The notes under the pieces were generated by a model. It made no database searches, had not been told where the DNA came from, and saw nothing but the letters and a program-made list of their open reading frames with translations. Shown here piece by piece: positions 56,761 to 64,000 of a stretch of DNA of 64,000 nucleotides; the first letter of the stretch is position 1; each line of letters starts with the position of its first letter. The translations under genes were made by a program, and so were the position numbers. The stretch comes from Octopus vulgaris (Eukaryota), in the NCBI GenBank assembly GCA_951406725.2, contig OX597834.1, positions 13,888,001-13,952,000 of the forward strand, given 5' to 3'.

Positions 56761-58360
56761 ATATTATATTTCTATGCGTAGAGTATATAGTATTAGAGAA
56801 CTATTTTTCATTATGGCTTCGAACCGATTATATTTTGCACTTCAGCTCTACATCAAAAAGCTATCATATATTTGCAGCATATTCTTCTGTTACTGAGTTC
56901 TCTTTGTGTTACCTTATTGTGTCCTTCGTTATTAATTCACCAATGAGAGTTGTTCCTATTCCAATAAGTACAGGAAATACATACAATATTTAAATAAACT
57001 ACATATGTATAGGCCCGTGAATGTGAGTAAAAATATAAATAATTTAAACTTTAATGTCGTTTTATTCCAATTGCCTAATTTTAGTACGCCGCGAGCAGTT
57101 CTAGTGTTGTTCAGAGTGAAACACTAAAAACCTAAAAAAAAAATTCCGAAATGAATGACAACAAAGAAAAAGTCGACAAAGATAACTGTGAAAAAAAAAA
57201 GGGAAGAAACAAAAAATATATATTGAATTAAATATCTCAAACAAAGTGTAAAATGATGAATTATTATAGAGAAAGAGCAAAAAATCTATAAATATATATC
57301 GAAATTTTTTTTCTCCCTTCGAAGCGTAACTGTAATTTTAAAGAATTGAAAATAATTCAGGAATTTTTTGTGTCATTAATGTTTGGGAATGTAATGCACT
57401 ACCATAGAATGAATAGAAAATTGAAATAAAAAAATTCAGTGCGAATTTATGTGTTTGTAAAAACTTTTCATTTTACTATTAATTACGCGGAACCGTTTTT
57501 ATGTACGGCCTTTATAATTTTGCTTTTTTTACTCAATAAAATTCTGATAAATTTTCGGTATGTTTTTTTTTTTAAAGTCACGTTTAGTTTATTTCAAAAT
57601 TTGTTCTTTTCTTGATATTTTCATTTACATCATGCTATTTTTATATTAAAAAAAAAAAAATTGTTTTGTGTAAATTCAATTTTGCATTAATTCAATAAAT
57701 ACCGTTTTTAATTCAAGCACGTTTGAATCTTTAAAGCAAGCATTTATAAGAAACGTCTCTGAATGTTTATATTTGCTAATAATGAATTATATACATATAC
57801 ACACAGACGCGTTTTCACACACACACATAAATGTATGTATATATATACACACATACGCGTGTGTTTTTGTGTGTATGTGTGTGTTTGAGTGCAGAGAGAG
57901 GTGCTGGAATGAGAGAACTTGGAATTAAAATGATGACACTTAGCACTAGCTGACTCCAATAAATTCATTTCAATCCTTTGAATACGGAAAACAATAACTT
58001 CACCTCTGCGAGCGAGGTGTATTGAATAATTACAGAGTACATACTATTGACCCATTAAGTTATCTTGAAAAAGAAACCAACATGTTAAATAGGAAAATGG
58101 GATAAATGAGACATTTATTTACACATGAAAACTATGCTTAGATTTTTAGCTTTATCCGGTGTTGTGCATTTAGATATTTCCGTCTAGTCCATTAACCATT
58201 TGTAATGTTAGGTGCCTCACACACAGATATATGAGGAAGGTAATTGCACACTACACTGCAACACTGGCATGCTACATGTACAGCGATAGATACACACGTA
58301 CCCATTCAAATGCACGCACGGAGACGTGTATAAATAAATAAATAAATAAATATATATATT

Positions 58361-58391
<31 letters not shown>

Positions 58392-58422
58392 TTTTTAAAA
58401 AGAAGAGAAAATTCAACAAAAC

Positions 58423-58460
58423 CTGTTACTTTGAGTTTCACGTTCCCGTTCGTCGGACAG
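58423..58460 (-). ncRNA. Minimal type I hammerhead-like motif overlapping a perfect 40-bp palindrome (58449-58488)
   Basis: Minus strand ctgt-CCGACGA-acg ggaa cgt-GAAAC-tcaaa-GTA-acag; stems I and II pair fully; core has U4->C. Confidence 0.68.
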
Positions 58461-58574
58461 TTTTTGCTAGCAAAAACTGTCCGACGAATCTACCACTGGT
58501 ATTAATCTACCACTGGTATTTGAGTACTCTTTTCTCCACCTTGTTTCACATTTACGTGTTTACTCCGGTATATT

Positions 58575-58626
<52 letters not shown>

Positions 58627-58851
58627 CGCGGCCTTCGGGCTAAAACATTTTAAAGGAGTTTAAGGTTTTTATATATGTATAAGCTGAATCAAGTGAGCAC
58701 CAAATATACAGTGGGTGTGTTTTTTAACTTTCCAAACTCGCAACATGACCATCCCCCAATAAAACAACACGTGTTTGAACACCAAGAATCTTGCACCAAG
58801 AATTCACACCAAAAATTCACACCAAGAATCTTGCAAAAGGAAAATATAAAC

Positions 58852-58913
<62 letters not shown>

Positions 58914-59127
58914 GAGAATTTGGTGCCACTTTCTGGCTGCCAAATCAACGCATTTCAAAGGATTTGGCAGGCTGGAGAATATGGAAGAACACACATACCA
59001 AAGGTACCACGCTGTAGGACCAATCACACGGCCTTTTCTTTCACTTTCACAATCTTTAGTACATCATTGTTTCTAGCATATCTATTAGCTAATGGAGAGT
59101 TAACGCATTGAGTATTCGTGTTATCTC

Positions 59128-59342
59128 TTTCTCTCTTTCTCTTTTACTTGTTTCAGTCGTTTGACTCCGGCCATGCTGGAGTACCATATTTAATCGAGCA
59201 ACTCGACCCTGGGACTTATTCTTTGTAATCCCAGTACTTATTATATCGGTCTCTTTTTGCGGAACCGCTAAGTCACGGGTACATAAACACACCAGCATCG
59301 GTTGTCAAGCAATGCTAGGGGGACAAACACTGACACACATAT

Positions 59343-59377
<35 letters not shown>

Positions 59378-59549
59378 CATATATCCGACAGGCTTCTTTC
59401 AGTTTCCGTCTACCAAATTCACTCACAAGGCATTTGTCGACCCGAGGCTATAGCAGAAGACACTTGCCCAAGATGCCACGCAGTGGGACTGAACCCGGAA
59501 TCATGTGTTTGGTAAGCAAGCTACTTACCACACAGCCACTCCTGCGCCT
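59128..59549 (-). mobile_element. Full-length SINE family A
   Basis: Complete head-body-tail alignment. Confidence 0.92.
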
Positions 59550-59565
59550 ATATATATATATATAT

Positions 59566-59870
59566 CACGTGACCACGTGACCGACCACACCATCAGATGT
59601 TGCTACACAACGCTGGTCACAATGCGTTCGCATTGTTTTAGCCTTCGAATGACGCCGCCCCGCTGGCTAAGCGAGCAGGCCAACAGAAGAAAGAGTAACA
59701 GAAAGTGTGGTGAAGAAGTACAGCAGGGATCACCACCCCCTGCCGGAGGCTCGTAGAGCTTTTAGGTGTTTTCGCTGAATAAACACACACAACGCCTGGT
59801 CTGGGAATCGAAATTGCGATCCTACGACCGTGAGTCCGCTGCCCTAACCACTGGGCCATTGTGCCTCCAC
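59566..59870 (-). mobile_element. SINE with family B head/body and a third 3' tail (tail type 3)
   Basis: 59700-59870 is the reverse complement of 31832-32000; 59566-59690 is unrelated to the other tails. Confidence 0.85.
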
Positions 59871-60560
59871 ACATATATATATATATATACATACACACGC
59901 ACACACACACATATATATATTTATATCACTTAGATTTGAGCACTTAATACCCATATATGATGAATTTGAAAAACTACAACAGATTATAAATTGTGAAAAA
60001 CTGGTAAAAAGGATTTCAGTTACGAGAGCTAAAGTATCATAGGACAATGATTTCAAAGCCATTTGTATTCATTATTCTGTAACTTACGTGAATTCTGGAA
60101 AGGTAAAGCAACAGTTCCTTTAACTCAAAAATGAAATAATATTCAAAAAATCCGAATTGAGTTAAACATTCTATTTAATGGATATAAATTAAACGCATGA
60201 TATTTTAATGTATCATTTAAATTAAATGTATCGTTGTCAATGAAATATACATAATTTAAATTAATTCACATTTTGCAGAGAGATACGAGAGCAATATGAG
60301 GAGCAACTTACGCGAAATATTATTATAAAGATTGTTTTACGTGAAGTCACGATTCTTTAGAATATATACAAAATATTTAATCACTCATAACATTTTATTT
60401 CCATTTGTGTAATGTATTCGAAATGATGTATCAAACTTACCGTGAGTAGAGATGAAATTAATAGGTAGAATTATTAAAATATGTGAATAAAGAGATCAAT
60501 AGCTAAATGATTGACACCAATTCGAATTCAATAAATTCAATACTAATTGATAAATGCATA

Positions 60561-60625
<65 letters not shown>

Positions 60626-60969
60626 TTATTTAGAAGAATACTATCTGTTCAAAACAATTGTGGATAATTATGTATGTGAGTATGTATGTAATTCTGTATG
60701 TTATGACTAATACTATTATAATGTACTCTATTAAAACGTATCAAGACGTATAACTTACTGATTTCATACAAACTATTACATTGAAATTTAATTTGAGAGC
60801 GACAATTTAACATGGATGTTCTTAGTAATATGGCAAGCGCTCTTACAAAATAATTCAATAGATATTCTGTATAACAGCCAATGATATATATATACATACA
60901 TACACAAGCATATATATGTATATATATATTTCTCTCGAGAGAGAGAGAAAGATACATGACTACATGCAG

Positions 60970-61035
<66 letters not shown>

Positions 61036-61803
61036 GTAGTTAGATAGGACGCTAAAACTTAGTACACATGCACGGCAGAGTTCAAGGTCAGTCTCTGTAA
61101 AAGCAGCATCACTCTTTGTGCTTTAGCTTCGTTACTATAGCACCAGTCCATATAATTATTCATCAGACCACGTATGTATAACTGTTCTTTTAATAGACGG
61201 TTACATTTAAAACGAGAATATCAAATATATTTTAATAAGATAACTTGACAGAAAATTAAGAGATATGGATAGTTCTAAGACGTGTGCTAATTGCTCCGAG
61301 TTCATTATTTCGGAGGCCAAACCTCACAGAGGTTAGAACTGAATTTCATTTTTCTAAGTTCAATAAATAATTCACCAACCAAGGACTGATGTCGAATACT
61401 TGTTCTGTTTGAATTTTATTTTATATTTCGTTTTATTTCCATCTTACTACGTAAGAAATTGTCTGCAATAGAATGTGAATAGGCCTGTTTCTTCCGGATT
61501 ATATTAGCGCAAAGAATGTCATATATCACATTTACGTCACTATGTATATTTGAGAAAATCCATGGATAGAAATATAATTCATATTATTTGTTAGGTGTAA
61601 TTCAACCACAGGAACAAAGCCACAAACTTTATTGGGGACTTGTTATCTGTGTATATTGACTATTATATATAATATATTTCATCGGTTGTCAAAATTTACC
61701 TAAGTCTTCAGAATAATCTCAGCTTGCTCTACAGGATAAGATGTTAATAAATTTTATTGCAGCATTTTATCTGGATCACTATCAATATTCGAGGTTATGT
61801 ATG

Positions 61804-61842
<39 letters not shown>

Positions 61843-61898
61843 TGTGTGTATATATGTGAGTGTATGTGTGTGTGTTTGTATATAACCATATATACGAT

Positions 61899-61949
<51 letters not shown>

Positions 61950-61952
61950 GTA

Positions 61953-61996
<44 letters not shown>

Positions 61997-62032
61997 AATT
62001 TACATTTTCACACGCACACACACACATACACA

Positions 62033-62074
<42 letters not shown>

Positions 62075-62594
62075 CATTATAAACATACATAAATGGCAGT
62101 TCATTTTATGCAGGAACTTATTGACGAGATGTATAGCCTTCACAAGAGTTCTAAAAATGGTGTCATTTTTGCAGTTAAAGTTACGTTTAAACTATAGCAA
62201 TTCGATAAACGTAAGGAATATGTGATCAGAAGTAGATCTCTCTCAAACCGTTGTTGTGATTGAAATAGAATTAGAATTAATTTCATGGTATTCAATGTTA
62301 TGGAGATCACTGGTGACCAGATGAATAACGAATAGTGAATGGCTGAACAAAATAGATACATAAAGAAACAGAAGGTATGGCGGACGAGATAGGAAAATTG
62401 AGAAAGAAGAGCGACACCTGGATAATTGCTGTTGTTCCGCGGGTTCTGGTCTATGTCATGTGCGCTCACTTAATTTACTGAAAACTAAGTTGTATATGGA
62501 GTGATTCTTTGACCGGGCCAAAACTAAGCAAAATTGCATTTTGAGACAATCATGTCTGAAGTTGTAGCAACCACGATACACACACACGCACTTC

Positions 62595-62727
<133 letters not shown>

Positions 62728-62855
62728 CAGCAAAATTTAGATTCAAATGAATATGGTTCTTAAGTTAGATTCACCAGAATTCTGTATGGTGTTATCCATA
62801 TAAATCCATGGGGTGATTATAAGCAAAATAAGCAACAATAATAACCTTGGTAATT

Positions 62856-62939
62856 TGGTACGATCGTTTCGCACTACATCATTTTATTAAATGTTGTAAG
62901 TATTACAACAGTTTAAAAATGCTGAGCACTCATCAGTCA
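62856..62939 (-). ncRNA. Type I hammerhead ribozyme motif with long stem II
   Basis: Minus strand tga-CTGATGA-gtgc..catttt.taaa.tgttgtaa tac ttacaaca.ttta..aaaatg..gtgc-GAAA-CGATCG-TA-cca: canonical core, palindromic CGAUCG stem III, GUA triplet; first stem I pair mismatched. Confidence 0.78.
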
Positions 62940-63314
62940 TTAATAGAGGTTTTCCATTAATACATAATTTTCAAATCATATTTATATATATGTGTGTGTG
63001 TATGTATGTATGTATAGGTGCATGAGAGAATATTTAATAGATAATAATTAAAGAGGAATGTGGAATATTCACAAATAAGTAAATACGTTTGTGCGTATGT
63101 GTGCCTGTATGTATGTGTATCATAAACACGCCTATATTGATAAAATTAAAACTTTCATTAGAAATACCTGAATATGAGTATTGAAAGGCTGGGTATGATA
63201 TTCATATCTGAGGAAAAAATTACAATATATTTATGAAATAACATTTACTTAAAAACATAGAGGAAATTCATATCTTAATATTTAAGTTGAATCTTACAAA
63301 CATGATGTATGCCA

Positions 63315-63328
63315 TAATAATAATAATG

Positions 63329-63419
<91 letters not shown>

Positions 63420-63460
63420 CAACAACAATAACAACCACAACGACAACAACAACAATAAGA
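63315..63460. repeat. (AAT)n/(AAC)n microsatellite
   Basis: Direct reading. Confidence 0.96.
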
Positions 63461-63499
63461 AGAATAAATTATCTTTATCCACTCATTTTCAGTTTCATT

Positions 63500-64000
63500 C
63501 ATTTTCAAGTGCTTCTACAGTTCTCTATCTTTGCAGTCTTCCATCCTATACAAACCTGACGTACTTACTTCAAATAATACAGCTTCTGTGCATTATTTTA
63601 CATACTGTACTTTGCTGTTTTCTTCTGCTCTAATGTTGTGTTCGCATCCAATCTTCTCCTTCGTGTTCTTATTACATACAGTTTCTCCGTGTCACATTTT
63701 GGACGGCGTAACCCATATCTGGTCAGCATCTTTCTGTCTAGGCTATTTAGTTCGTCTACCGTCCATGCAATTACCACTGATCCATATCTAAGTAGTGAAA
63801 CCACTCAGGTATTGATAGCGTCAATCTTATTCCGTCCATTTAATTTTGACTTAAGTATCAGTCTCAGTCTCTGCAAGTACTCCACCTTAAATTTTCCTGT
63901 CATTTCTTTCTCCATCAATTTATCTATTTACAATATCCCACACTACTTATATCCGTCTCTTCTATCTGCTTAATAACCGTGTTTTCCGTTCTATCTGATT
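63500..64000 (-). pseudogene. Decayed R4/Dong-type RT C-terminal fragment, continuing beyond the window
   Basis: VSLLRYGSVVIAWTVDELNSLDRKMLTRYGLRRPKCDTEKLY resembles the post-RT region of RLE-type elements and parallels the 38030 and 23480 fragments. Confidence 0.75.

Overview
AT-rich, repeat-dense eukaryotic DNA, intergenic or intronic, with no confidently identifiable host protein-coding gene. The extreme (TA)n/(AAT)n/(TAGA)n density and the tRNA-derived SINE families suggest an octopus/cephalopod genome (inference). Nearly all ORFs in the track are microsatellite or SINE translation artefacts. Supported content: (i) about 25 copies or fragments of four short tRNA-type SINE families (called A-D here) with shuffled heads and tails; (ii) decayed fragments of R4/Dong-type and CR1-group LINEs, a Tc1/mariner-superfamily transposase remnant and a mariner-type MITE; (iii) the most notable signal, about ten dispersed minimal type I hammerhead-ribozyme-like motifs (CUGANGA - stem II - GAAA - short, often palindromic stem III - NUH). 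These sit in short non-coding elements embedded in (TA)n tracts and often organised as long fold-back palindromes, which fits non-autonomous Penelope-like element (PLE) derivatives. Coordinates were read by eye and repeat ends are approximate.
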